DNA from: Patescibacteria group bacterium
GTDB lineage: Bacteria; Patescibacteriota; Minisyncoccia; Minisyncoccales; JANBVM01
Assembly (NCBI GenBank): GCA_024238995.1
Contig: JANBVL010000001.1
Location: forward strand, 10,059 to 74,058
Direction of reading: 5' to 3'
Length of the DNA: 64,000 bases
Shown: positions 27,881 through 36,668 of the stretch, piece by piece
Layout of the letters: each line of letters begins with the position of its first letter
Position numbering within the stretch: the first letter of the stretch is position 1
Position numbers and translations under genes: made by a program
The notes under the pieces: generated by a model
What the model was told of the DNA's origin: nothing
Database searches by the model: none
What the model saw: only the letters and a program-made list of their open reading frames with translations

Positions 27881-28022
27881 TACTAGACAGATGGACATGT
27901 AACTAGTCAAGTCAAAAAAGACAAGCGACTAGTAAAAACGTTGGGCAAAAGAAAACCCACAGGGACTATCTTTTCGACAGATAAGATCAATAGATTTATC
28001 AGAAAAGATAGTCCCACTTTTT
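27881..28022 (+). ncRNA. candidate ~140-nt small RNA (class unknown)
   Basis: Lies between the promoter above and a terminator: 14-bp stem gggactatcttttc/gaaaagatagtccc at 27962-28015, then acttttt. An internal hairpin ctagtc...gactag sits at 27903-27932. No ORF longer than 3 codons. Confidence 0.3.
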
Positions 28023-28098
28023 ATAATTGTTGTATTTACTACAACTATTTTTTTTATTAAAATAGTTGACTCAGCTTTATCGGTGGGGTAAAGTATAT

Positions 28099-29103
28099 AT
28101 GATGACTGATCTCTTTTTTATTTTAATTGGACTTTTAGCTTTCATTGGCTGGTCAGGAGCTATTTTCCTTTATATTAAGACAAGCAAAGTTGATCAGGGA
28201 CAGAATAATGAGATAAGGGATATTGAGAGACGCTTGACTGACCTGTTGACTAATCAAATGAAAGAAGTGAAAAACAGCCAGATTAAGTCTTCAGAGAGCT
28301 TTCATGGCCAGATAAAGTCCTTTACAGAGCAAACCACTCATCTTCGCGAAGATTTAAAACAAATCTATAAAAAAGTAGAAAGTGTTTCTTCTTTTCAGGA
28401 AATCTTTAAATCTCCAAAATTAAGAGGTCAGTGGGGAGAAGCATCATTAAATTACATTTTAACCCAGCACTATCCTGCTGAATTATGGAAAAGCCAGCAC
28501 ACATTTTCGTCAGGAGAACAAGTTGATGCAATTTTAAAACTTCCTGATAATAAATTGTTGCCAATTGATTCAAAGTTTTCTTCAGATAATTTTGAAAGAA
28601 TGATTTATTCTAATACAGATGATGAGAGAAAAAGTTTTGAGCAAAGTTTTTTAAGAGATTTAAAATTAAGGGTTGATGAGATAAGTTCAAAATATATAAT
28701 TCCATCTGAAGGCACAGTTGATTTTGCTCTGATGTATATTCCAGCCGAAGCAATCTATTATGAGATAATGTTTAATTTAAGAGAACGAGGAGTTGCTGAT
28801 TATGCTTGGAAAAAGAAAGTAGTTTTAACTTCACCAAACACAATCTATTTAACGCTTCGTGCATTTGAACAATGGTTTAAAGATACTCAGATTTCAAAGA
28901 AAACTCAAGGTATTTTAAAAAGATTAAACAGAATTAATCAAGATGCTTCAAAGCTTATGAATGATTTCAGAAAGCTTGGGAGTCATTTAAAAAACGCAAC
29001 TTCTTCATATGATAATTCTGAAAAGCGTCTAAATTTATTTTCAGACAGGGTTGAAAGATTATTAGAAGTTAAGCAAGATAAACCTAAACAATTAAAAGAC
29101 TAA
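28099..29103 (+). CDS. rmuC: DNA recombination protein RmuC
   Basis: N-terminal TM plus coiled coil, then RGQWGE, LPIDSKF, MYIPAEAIY and VLTSPNT. ATG 28099 is preferred over TTG 28066. Confidence 0.8.
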   Translation: MMTDLFFILIGLLAFIGWSGAIFLYIKTSKVDQGQNNEIRDIERRLTDLLTNQMKEVKNSQIKSSESFHGQIKSFTEQTTHLREDLKQIYKKVESVSSFQEIFKSPKLRGQWGEASLNYILTQHYPAELWKSQHTFSSGEQVDAILKLPDNKLLPIDSKFSSDNFERMIYSNTDDERKSFEQSFLRDLKLRVDEISSKYIIPSEGTVDFALMYIPAEAIYYEIMFNLRERGVADYAWKKKVVLTSPNTIYLTLRAFEQWFKDTQISKKTQGILKRLNRINQDASKLMNDFRKLGSHLKNATSSYDNSEKRLNLFSDRVERLLEVKQDKPKQLKD

Positions 29104-29104
29104 T

Positions 29105-29413
29105 ATGTTAGCAGTAATTAAAACTGGTGGAAAACAATATTTAGTTTCACCAGGAGATAAAATAAAAATTGAAAAACTTGATAAAAAAGAGGGGAGTGAG
29201 GTAACTTTCAAAGAAGTTTTATTATTGGAAAAATCAAAAAAACTAGAGATAGGCGATCCTTTGGTTAAAAGCGCCAAAGTTGTTGGAAAAATATTAAAGC
29301 AAGGAAAAGGGAAAAAGATTGTTGTTTTTAGAAAAGGAAAAACATATAAAAAGAAAAAAGGCCACAGGCAGCGTTATACTGAAGTTGAAATAACTAAGAT
29401 AGAAACAAAATAA
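29105..29413 (+). CDS. rplU: 50S ribosomal protein L21
   Basis: MLAVIKTGGKQYLVSPGDKIKIEKL... and ...KGHRQRYTEVEI. Confidence 0.9.
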   Translation: MLAVIKTGGKQYLVSPGDKIKIEKLDKKEGSEVTFKEVLLLEKSKKLEIGDPLVKSAKVVGKILKQGKGKKIVVFRKGKTYKKKKGHRQRYTEVEITKIETK

Positions 29414-29462
29414 TAAAAGTAATCCACATTGACACCCTTTTTTATTTTTGATATTTTTAAAT

Positions 29463-29603
29463 ATGTTGAAAAAATTAGTCAATAAAATAAATAGTGTTTT
29501 AAATCCTTTGATACAGAAGACTCTGTTAAATGTTTTTACTATTATCCTGACAATGTTGGGAGGTTTTAGAACAAACAGAAGATATCAACTTGTAAGAATA
29601 TAA
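29463..29603 (+). CDS. possible 46-aa peptide
   Basis: Own translation: MLKKLVNKINSVLNPLIQKTLLNVFTIILTMLGGFRTNRRYQLVRI*. It is followed by the terminator at 29631-29660. It is not L27. Confidence 0.2.
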   Translation: MLKKLVNKINSVLNPLIQKTLLNVFTIILTMLGGFRTNRRYQLVRI

Positions 29604-29630
29604 AAGAATAAATTACTTCTGAAACTGAAC

Positions 29631-29660
29631 CTCCCAGCTAAAAACTGGGAGATTTTTTTT
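29631..29660 (+). terminator. rho-independent terminator
   Basis: ctcccag-ctaaaaa-ctgggag followed by atttttttt. Confidence 0.7.
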
Positions 29661-29779
29661 AGCACAGAACCTTTAAAAATTAAAAGGAAAAGAAAAACCT
29701 TTGAGTGGGCGAATTAATTATTAGCCATTAATCTGTTGGGGTTAGTAATTAGTTCGCCCATTCAAAGAATGGGTAAGAG

Positions 29780-30049
29780 ATGAAAAAATTGAAAAAAAAC
29801 AAAAACAAAATTATAGCAACTAGAACTAGATATATTGGAAAAGATGGTAAAATCGAAGCTACCTTTTTTTTAAAAAAAGAGGAAGCAGATACGCTTGTGT
29901 TAAATTCTGAACAAGCAACACCACAGAGAGAAATAAAGCATGTCGAACTAATAAGCCGCGATGAACTGGTGAATCTAATGTCAATGAAGATCGACAAAGA
30001 AATAGTTGACGATGAAGAATATGAAATAATCACTTTTCCTCATTTCTAA
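29780..30049 (+). CDS. hypothetical protein
   Basis: 89-aa ORF bracketed by terminators. Lys-rich N-terminus and acidic C-terminus. Confidence 0.45.
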   Translation: MKKLKKNKNKIIATRTRYIGKDGKIEATFFLKKEEADTLVLNSEQATPQREIKHVELISRDELVNLMSMKIDKEIVDDEEYEIITFPHF

Positions 30050-30051
30050 AG

Positions 30052-30097
30052 AGCCTTGATTAATCTTTTTTAAGAAATAACATCAAGGCTTTTTTTA
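30052..30097. terminator. terminator hairpin between convergent genes
   Basis: agccttgat ... atcaaggct (9 bp) followed by ttttttt. It abuts the recR stop. Confidence 0.6.
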
Positions 30098-30697
30098 TTT
30101 TCTATCTTCCAAAGCACTTTTGAGGGTTGCCCCATCAGCGTATTCTAATTCTCCTCCCACGGGCAATCCTCGTGCTAAACGAGTGATTTTTTTATTTAAG
30201 GGATTGAGCTCTCTTTCTAAAAACAAAGCAGTTGCTTCTCCTTCAGTGTTTGAATTAGTGGCAATGATAATTTCTTTAATTTCAGAATTATCTTTTATCA
30301 TCTTTTTGAGCTGTTCTATTTTTAGCTTTTTATCCCTTTGCTTTTTCAAAAGTGAAACTGTTCCTCCTAAAACAAAGTATCTTCCTTTATATTTTTTAAT
30401 TTTTTCTAAAGCTTTTAAATCAGTTTCTTTTTCAACAATACAAAGCAAATTTTTACTGCGTGAAGGATTTGAGCATATCTCACAAAGCTGGCTGTTTTTT
30501 GATTCAAAAGAATTAAAACATAATGAACAAGTTTTAATGTTTCTTTTTAAGTTTGAAATCGACAAAATTAATTCATCAACTTCTTTTTTGTCAGTTTTTA
30601 AGAGATAAAAAACAAAACGGGCAGCTGTTTTGGGCCCGACTGTCGGGAAATTAGAAAGCAAATCAATCAGTTTTTGAATTGTTGGCGAATAATTCAT
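30095..30697 (-). CDS. recR: recombination protein RecR
   Basis: HhH N-terminus (FPTVGPKTAARF), zinc finger CSLC...CEIC and a Toprim region (LCIVEKETDL...EGEATA). Confidence 0.9.
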   Translation of the reverse strand: MNYSPTIQKLIDLLSNFPTVGPKTAARFVFYLLKTDKKEVDELILSISNLKRNIKTCSLCFNSFESKNSQLCEICSNPSRSKNLLCIVEKETDLKALEKIKKYKGRYFVLGGTVSLLKKQRDKKLKIEQLKKMIKDNSEIKEIIIATNSNTEGEATALFLERELNPLNKKITRLARGLPVGGELEYADGATLKSALEDRK

Positions 30698-30703
30698 AGT
30701 TTA

Positions 30704-32056
30704 TTATTCTTCGTGGATTTTTTCCAAGGTTCTAAAGCTTACCCTTGCTTCATCAAAGTACAGCTCAACTCTTCCAATAGGGCCATTACGGTGCTTGGCA
30801 ATAATTAAATCAGCAATGTTTTTGCGTGATGTTTCAGGCCTGTATCTATCTTCTTTATAAATAAACATAACAACATCAGCATCTTGTTCAATTGTTCCGC
30901 TTTGGCGCAAATCAGATAATCTTGGAATCTGAGGAGAACGTTGTTCAACTGCTCGTGACAATTGTGATACAACTAAAACAGGAATGTTCATTTCCCGAGC
31001 TAAAGATTTTAAAGCTCGGGAGTTTTCTGATACTTGCTGTACAGGGTTGGCGTATGCATCCATTGGCTCCATAAGCTGTAAATAATCAATTATAATCAAT
31101 CCTAATCCTTTTTTAGCTTGAAGTCTTCTAGACATTGCTTTCATTTGCAGAACATTAGAACATAGTGAATCATGAATATAGATTGGAGCATCTGATAAAA
31201 CCGCTAAAGCTTGCTGGATTCTTGTAAAGTCATTATCTTCTCCTTCGCTTGATAGTCTTCCTGTTCTTAATCTCCAGAGATCAACTCCAGAAATACTTGA
31301 AATCAATCTGTCAATTACTTGGTCTTTTGACATTTCTAAAGAAAATATGCCAACAGGAATTTTTTGTTGAATTGCAATATTATAAGCAAAGTTTAAAGCT
31401 AGAGCGCTTTTTCCTAAACTTGGCCTGGCAGCTAAAATTAACAAGTCAGATTTTTGAAAACCAGCTAAAAGATTGTCTAAATCAGCAAGCCCGCTGGCAA
31501 GCCCCCTTAACCCTCCTTTGTGTTTTGATAGCTGGTCAATTCTTTCAAACGCTTCTTCTAAATCGTCTTTTACTAATACAAAATCCTGGGACAAACTTTT
31601 TTGGGCAATGCTGAAAATCTCTCTTTCAGCCTTGTCCAAAAGAGTGTCTGTATCTTCTTTTTCGTCATAACCCAAGCGGGCTATTTCTTGTGATGCATCA
31701 ATTAAATCTCTTAAAACCTTTTTTCTTGAAACTATTTTGGCATAATTAAGAACATGAGCGGGTGTTGGAACCGTATTTATAAGTTCAGTTAAGTAAACGT
31801 TTCCTCCAATGTCATCTAAAAGCTTTTTGTCTTTTAACCTGTTTGATATTGATAAAAAATCAATTGCCTCATCTTTTTCAAAAAGGTCTAAACATACTTT
31901 ATAAACTTCTTGGTGAGATTTTTTGTAAAAATCCTCTGGTTTTAGAAAATCAGCAACTTTAATAATTGTTGATTTATCAATCATTAAACATCCTAAAACC
32001 GATTGCTCTGCTTCAATAGATTGAGGAGGTAATTTACTTGGTAATTCATTTGCCAT
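30704..32056 (-). CDS. dnaB: replicative DNA helicase DnaB
   Basis: PPQSIEAEQSVLG, Walker A ARPSLGKSALALN, IIIDYLQLM and SQLSRAVEQR. ATG at 32056 (MANELPSK) is preferred over the upstream TTG at 32095. Confidence 0.9.
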   Translation of the reverse strand: MANELPSKLPPQSIEAEQSVLGCLMIDKSTIIKVADFLKPEDFYKKSHQEVYKVCLDLFEKDEAIDFLSISNRLKDKKLLDDIGGNVYLTELINTVPTPAHVLNYAKIVSRKKVLRDLIDASQEIARLGYDEKEDTDTLLDKAEREIFSIAQKSLSQDFVLVKDDLEEAFERIDQLSKHKGGLRGLASGLADLDNLLAGFQKSDLLILAARPSLGKSALALNFAYNIAIQQKIPVGIFSLEMSKDQVIDRLISSISGVDLWRLRTGRLSSEGEDNDFTRIQQALAVLSDAPIYIHDSLCSNVLQMKAMSRRLQAKKGLGLIIIDYLQLMEPMDAYANPVQQVSENSRALKSLAREMNIPVLVVSQLSRAVEQRSPQIPRLSDLRQSGTIEQDADVVMFIYKEDRYRPETSRKNIADLIIAKHRNGPIGRVELYFDEARVSFRTLEKIHEE

Positions 32057-32138
32057 GCTCAATTCATTTTTAACATGATAGCTATTAATTGGCAAGAATT
32101 TGATTTTTTTGATAAAATTTTCTATTAACTTGTTTAAT

Positions 32139-33362
32139 ATGAAAATAGGATTAATTAGCTTTCATACATTTTCCCAGCCCGGAGGGGTAAAAAGACATAT
32201 TTTGGGACTTTCCAAAGAGCTTAAAAGCAAAGGCCACAGTACAAAAATTATTGTTCCAAGAAGAAAAAGGTCAGAGAACTATGGGAAAGACGTAATTTTA
32301 TTGGGAACTTCTATTCCAATGGATTTTAGCGGCACTCAGGCTGATTTTGATATTAATTTTAATCCTATTTCAATTGAAAGAGTTTTAAAAAGAGAAAAGT
32401 TTGATGTTCTACATTTTCATAATTTTGGTTTTCCTTCAGTTCTTCAGATTTTAATCAGTCCTGCTGCTTCAGGCACTTTAAACGTCTTAACTTTTCATGC
32501 CAACATGGAAGGAAGCACATTTTTAAAACATTTTCCTAGTTTTTTGTATCTTTTAAATAAAATCTGTCAGTGGAAAATAGATGGGGTAATAGGAGTAGCT
32601 CCTTTAATTCTAAATTATTTTAAATTCTATAAAGGACCTAAGATTGTTATTCCTAATGGCATTGATTTAAATGAGTTTAATCCTAATGTTTCAAAAATTG
32701 AAAAATATTCTGATGATAAAATTAATCTTTTGTTTGTTGGAAGAATCGAAGAAAGAAAAGGATTAATATATCTTTTAAAAGCTTTTAAAATTTTAAATAA
32801 GAATTTTTCTAATTTAAGACTGATTATTGTTGGGGATGGACCTTTAGAGAACGAGTGTAAAGATTATGTTAAAAAACATAATCTAAAAGAAGTTATTTTT
32901 GAAGGAAGAATTACAAAAGGAATAGCAAGATATTACAAAACAGCTGATATTTACATCAGCCCAGCACTTTTCAGAGAAAGTTTTGGTTTGGTTTTGTTAG
33001 AAGCAATGGCATGTGGAACTCCCGTTGTTGCTTTTGGAAATCAGGGATACAGAGAATTATTGAAAAATAAATCATCAGGCAGGTTTTTAACCAAGCCAAG
33101 AGATTATGTTAATTTGGCCAAGAAAATAGAGTTGTTAATTAGGTATCCTGATTTAAGAAGGAAAATATCAGAAAGAGGAATTAAAGAAGTAGAGCAATAT
33201 TCATGGCAGAGCGTAACAAATGAAGTTTTAGAATTTTATAAAGTTTGTGAAAAGTATAGGGCTGAGAAAAAAGATAATGGTTTTTCACTTGAGAAAAGCT
33301 TTAAAAACATTCTTACCAAAGACATCTTAAAATGGGTAGAAAAAGTAATTGAAGAAGATTAA
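32139..33362 (+). CDS. glycosyltransferase family 4 (GT-B)
   Basis: MKIGLISFHTFSQPGGV... and the EX7E region RESFGLVLLEAMACGTPVVA. ATG 32139 is preferred over TTG 32100. Confidence 0.8.
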   Translation: MKIGLISFHTFSQPGGVKRHILGLSKELKSKGHSTKIIVPRRKRSENYGKDVILLGTSIPMDFSGTQADFDINFNPISIERVLKREKFDVLHFHNFGFPSVLQILISPAASGTLNVLTFHANMEGSTFLKHFPSFLYLLNKICQWKIDGVIGVAPLILNYFKFYKGPKIVIPNGIDLNEFNPNVSKIEKYSDDKINLLFVGRIEERKGLIYLLKAFKILNKNFSNLRLIIVGDGPLENECKDYVKKHNLKEVIFEGRITKGIARYYKTADIYISPALFRESFGLVLLEAMACGTPVVAFGNQGYRELLKNKSSGRFLTKPRDYVNLAKKIELLIRYPDLRRKISERGIKEVEQYSWQSVTNEVLEFYKVCEKYRAEKKDNGFSLEKSFKNILTKDILKWVEKVIEED

Positions 33363-34762
33363 AGTTTTTTTACTTTAGTTCCTTTGTTAGTATCCTCAAT
33401 CTTATAACCTAACTTTTCTATTCGTTTTCTGATTTCATCAGCTTCTTGCCATTTATTTTCACTTCTTAATTGTTCTCTTTCTTTAGCTAAATCTTTAATT
33501 TTTTTAGGAACTTGTATTTCTTTTACCTTGTCTAACCCTAAACCAAAGATTTTATCAAAATCCAACAAAAGCTTGTATTTTTCTTTTGAAGAAATATTTT
33601 TATCTTTTACGAGATCCCAAGTTAAAGCTAGGGCTTTGGGCATGTTTAAATCATCGTTAATGTTTTTTAAAAACTCTTCTTTGTAATCAGTTTCAATCTT
33701 TGCAGTTGGTTTTGTATTCTCTGATTTAATTATTCTTATCTTTTCATAAAGATTGTCTAGTGCATTTTGAGCTGATTTTAAGTCTTCAAGTGAAAAGGTA
33801 AGCTTTGAACGATAGTGGGCGTTTAAAGTTAAATACCTGTAGGCTAGGGGATTAAAGTCTTTTTTAATTAAATCATCTAAAATAATAATGTTTCCTTCTG
33901 ACTTACCCATTCTTCCTTGTTTTAAGATTAAAAACTCACCATGCATCCATATCTTTACTGCTGGTTTGTTTAAAGCACCAATATTTTGAGCACGTTCATT
34001 GCTGTGGTGAACTGGAATGTGATCTATTCCACCACAATGAATATCAAATTCTTTTCCTAAATGCTTTATACTCATTGCAGAACATTCAATATGCCATCCA
34101 GGAAATCCTTTGCCCCAAGGAGAATCCCAATTCATAATATGGTTTTTGTGTTCTCCAATAAGCTTTAACCATAGGGCAAAATCAGTTGGATTTTTTTTAT
34201 CTGTTTTTTTATCAACACTTATACCTTCCTGCATTCCTTTTAAATCTAGTTTTGCCAGCTCTGTGTATTCTTTTAATTTTAAAGTGTCAAAATATACAGC
34301 TGAATTAGTTTCATAAGCATAGCCATTTTTAACAAGCTTTTTTATCATATCAATTTGTTCTTTGATATAGTCTGTTACTTTGCACCATATATCGGGCTCT
34401 GAAATGTTTAAGTTTTTTAAATCTTTTTTAAAAGTTTTTGTGTAAAAATCAGCTATTTCAAACATTGATTTTTTGTTCAGTTCTTTGCCTTCTCTTTTCA
34501 AAGCTTTTAACATTTTATCTTCTCCTGTGTCAGCATCAGAGGTTAAATGTCCAACATCAGTAATATTCATTACATGCTTTACTTTAAATTTATTGTATTT
34601 TAAAACTCTTTTTAAAATGTCTTCAAAAATATATGTTCTTAGGTTGCCAATATGAGCAAACAAATACACTGTTGGACCACATGTATAAAGCCCAACTCTT
34701 CCTTGTTTCAAAGGTTTAAAGACTTCTTTTTTGCGAGAGAGTGTATTGTATATTTTGAGCAT
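33359..34762 (-). CDS. cysS: cysteine--tRNA ligase
   Basis: HIGN (HIGH variant), CGGIDHIPVHH and RMGKSEGN (KMSKS variant). 467 aa. Confidence 0.9.
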   Translation of the reverse strand: MLKIYNTLSRKKEVFKPLKQGRVGLYTCGPTVYLFAHIGNLRTYIFEDILKRVLKYNKFKVKHVMNITDVGHLTSDADTGEDKMLKALKREGKELNKKSMFEIADFYTKTFKKDLKNLNISEPDIWCKVTDYIKEQIDMIKKLVKNGYAYETNSAVYFDTLKLKEYTELAKLDLKGMQEGISVDKKTDKKNPTDFALWLKLIGEHKNHIMNWDSPWGKGFPGWHIECSAMSIKHLGKEFDIHCGGIDHIPVHHSNERAQNIGALNKPAVKIWMHGEFLILKQGRMGKSEGNIIILDDLIKKDFNPLAYRYLTLNAHYRSKLTFSLEDLKSAQNALDNLYEKIRIIKSENTKPTAKIETDYKEEFLKNINDDLNMPKALALTWDLVKDKNISSKEKYKLLLDFDKIFGLGLDKVKEIQVPKKIKDLAKEREQLRSENKWQEADEIRKRIEKLGYKIEDTNKGTKVKKL

Positions 34763-34863
34763 AGTTTAACTTATTTTATCAGATTAATTAAAATTAGAAT
34801 AGGTTTATGCTTAGATATTTTTTCTTATTTACTATTAATTATTATTCTTTCGGGGATTTCTCG

Positions 34864-35823
34864 CTATAAGAAATCGTTTTTAAGCATCCACTCATCATTA
34901 AAAATGGTGCTTAGGTAATTCCTTCCAGTATCTGGAAAGAGCACAACGATTACATCATTTTTATCTAAATTCTTTGCTATTTTAAGAGCTGCAAAGGCAG
35001 CGGCACCCGATGATCCTCCTACCAGCAAGCCTTCCTCTTTTGCCAGTCTCCTGGTTGTTAAAAATGCATTTTTATCGTTTACCGTTATAATCTCATCTAC
35101 TATTTCAAGGTTAATTGTGTCAGGAATAAAATCTTCGCCAATGCCTTCTGTTTTATATGTATGGATTTTACCCTTTGTTTTGTAAAATTCGTGATGAAAT
35201 ATAGAGCCTTCTGGATCGGCACCAATTATTTTGATATTTGGATTTTTGTTTTTTAAGTATTTACCTGCACCACTTATCGTGCCACCAGTTCCCATACCCG
35301 CAACAAAATGCGTTATCATTCCGTTTGTATCTCTCCAAATTTCAGGACCAGTGGTCTCATAATGAGTTTTTGGATTATTCTGATTATAATACTGATTTGG
35401 GCAGAATGCATTTTTAGTTTCTTTTGTAATTTTTTCAGCAACTTTGTAGTAGCTTCTAGGATCTTCTGGCAAGACGGCTGTTGGAGTTCTTATAACTTTT
35501 GCTCCATAAGCCCGTAGTAATGATTCTTTTTCCTTGCTCATTTTATCTGGCATTGTAAAAATCATTTTATATCCTTTTAAGACGGCCACTAAGGCCAGTC
35601 CAATGCCAGTGTTTCCAGAAGTGGGCTCAACGATCGTTCCTCCGGGCTTAAGCAATCCTTTTCTTTCTGCATCCTCAATCATTGTTATTCCTATTCTATC
35701 TTTAACGCTCCCTCCGGGGTTAAAAAATTCCAACTTAACCCAAATAGCAGCGTTAATGTCCTGGTTAATTTTGTTTAGCCTTACCATTGGAGTATTACCG
35801 ATGGTATTTAAAATGTTTTTCAT
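34864..35823 (-). CDS. cysK: cysteine synthase / cystathionine-beta-synthase-family PLP enzyme
   Basis: NPGGSVKDR (PLP lysine), TSGNTGIGLA and GTGGTISG. 319 aa with no CBS pair. Confidence 0.85.
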   Translation of the reverse strand: MKNILNTIGNTPMVRLNKINQDINAAIWVKLEFFNPGGSVKDRIGITMIEDAERKGLLKPGGTIVEPTSGNTGIGLALVAVLKGYKMIFTMPDKMSKEKESLLRAYGAKVIRTPTAVLPEDPRSYYKVAEKITKETKNAFCPNQYYNQNNPKTHYETTGPEIWRDTNGMITHFVAGMGTGGTISGAGKYLKNKNPNIKIIGADPEGSIFHHEFYKTKGKIHTYKTEGIGEDFIPDTINLEIVDEIITVNDKNAFLTTRRLAKEEGLLVGGSSGAAAFAALKIAKNLDKNDVIVVLFPDTGRNYLSTIFNDEWMLKNDFL

Positions 35824-35850
35824 AAGATTAATGGTTTTAATTTACTTAAA

Positions 35851-35936
35851 ATTAAAAAACCTCCTTTGGGGAAGAAACAGACTGATTCAATATTTAAAAC
35901 TTGAGGAATCGTTTATTTCTTCCCTAAAAGAGGTTT
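35851..35936 (-). terminator. long intrinsic terminator inside the cysK 5' leader (attenuator)
   Basis: Minus-strand arms AAACCUCUUUUAGGGAAGAAA (35936-35916) and UUUCUUCCCCAAAGGAGGUUU (35877-35857). 21 positions with one A-C mismatch and one G-U pair. 38-nt loop, then a U-run. Confidence 0.6.
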
Positions 35937-35971
35937 GTACAGCAATTGTTGGCATAACTAATGATTTCCAT
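35924..35971 (-). CDS. candidate 15-aa leader peptide with tandem Cys codons
   Basis: Own translation of the minus strand: ATG GAA ATC ATT AGT TAT GCC AAC AAT TGC TGT ACA AAC CTC TTT TAG = MEIISYANNCCTNLF*. AAAGG lies 5 nt upstream of the ATG. The stop codon sits inside the 5' arm of the terminator. Confidence 0.4.
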   Translation of the reverse strand: MEIISYANNCCTNLF

Positions 35972-35982
35972 ACCTGCCTTTA

Positions 35983-36011
35983 AAATTATCAGGGGTGAAA
36001 GTCATTGTCAA
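35983..36011 (-). promoter_or_regulatory. promoter of the cysK leader: TTGACA-17-TAATTT with TG extension
   Basis: Minus strand: TTGACA (36011-36006), 17-nt spacer, TGATAATTT (-10 at 35988-35983). Confidence 0.45.
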
Positions 36012-36051
36012 ATTTCTTTAAATTACCAATGATTTATGTTAAGATATGTTT

Positions 36052-36666
36052 ATGAAAAAAGCAGACATTATCCTTGCTATCATATCTGGAGAAGGGGTTG
36101 CCTGGATAGCTTATGGCTTGATTACAGGAGCAGGAGTGAATAGCATTTTAGGATTGGAAGTTGCTGATTTATTGTGGTTTTTATTTATTATTTTCCCTAT
36201 TCTGGCATTATTAGGGCTTTGGATTAGTTATTTGATAGGGAAGAAGTACTTATTTGTTCCTCAAGTTGCAAAATTTCTTTTAATCGGAGTGTTAGCAGTT
36301 TTAATTGATTTGGGAATTTTAAATCTTTTCATGTCTTTTTTTGGTGTAGCTGCAGGCTGGGGTTTTGTTTTATTTAAAGCAATATCTTTTATTGTTGCTA
36401 CATTTTCCAAGTTCTGGGGCAATAAGTTCTGGGCTTTTGAAAAAGCTGAAACAGAAAAAATGGGGAAAGAATTATTGCAATTTTATATTGTCACTCTTGT
36501 CGGAATGACAGTAAATGTAGGAGTTGCCTCATTTATTGTTAATATTGTTGGAATTCAGTTTGGATTACCTGCTTCAGTATGGGCTAATATCGGAGCGATT
36601 GTAGCTGCCGTTGCTGGTGCTGCCTGGAACTTCTTAGGTTATAAATTCGTAGTGTTTAAAAGGTAA
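36052..36666 (+). CDS. GtrA-family membrane protein
   Basis: Four TM segments. C-terminal WNFLGYKFVVFK is typical of GtrA. TGTTAAGAT at 36037-36045 places the expected TSS at about ATG 36052 (alternative ATG 36046). Confidence 0.7.
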   Translation: MKKADIILAIISGEGVAWIAYGLITGAGVNSILGLEVADLLWFLFIIFPILALLGLWISYLIGKKYLFVPQVAKFLLIGVLAVLIDLGILNLFMSFFGVAAGWGFVLFKAISFIVATFSKFWGNKFWAFEKAETEKMGKELLQFYIVTLVGMTVNVGVASFIVNIVGIQFGLPASVWANIGAIVAAVAGAAWNFLGYKFVVFKR

Positions 36667-36668
36667 TT

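Noticed and set aside
29414-29779. Expected rpmA (L27) after rplU; examined the 46-codon ORF at 29463-29603.
   Set aside because: The peptide has no L27 motifs, so rpmA must be elsewhere. The small ORF is kept only as a very low-confidence feature.
35857-35866. AAAGGAGG in the terminator 3' arm as the Shine-Dalgarno of cysK.
   Set aside because: It lies about 37 nt upstream of the only in-frame start (35823), and stop codons intervene. That is too far to serve as the SD.
34763-36011. T-box or SAM riboswitch leaders upstream of cysS and cysK.
   Set aside because: No T-box consensus (..GGUGGUACCGCG..) or recognisable S-box elements are present. The cysS leader is a plain AT-rich spacer, and the cysK leader is too short for a T-box and is better explained by the Cys-codon leader ORF.
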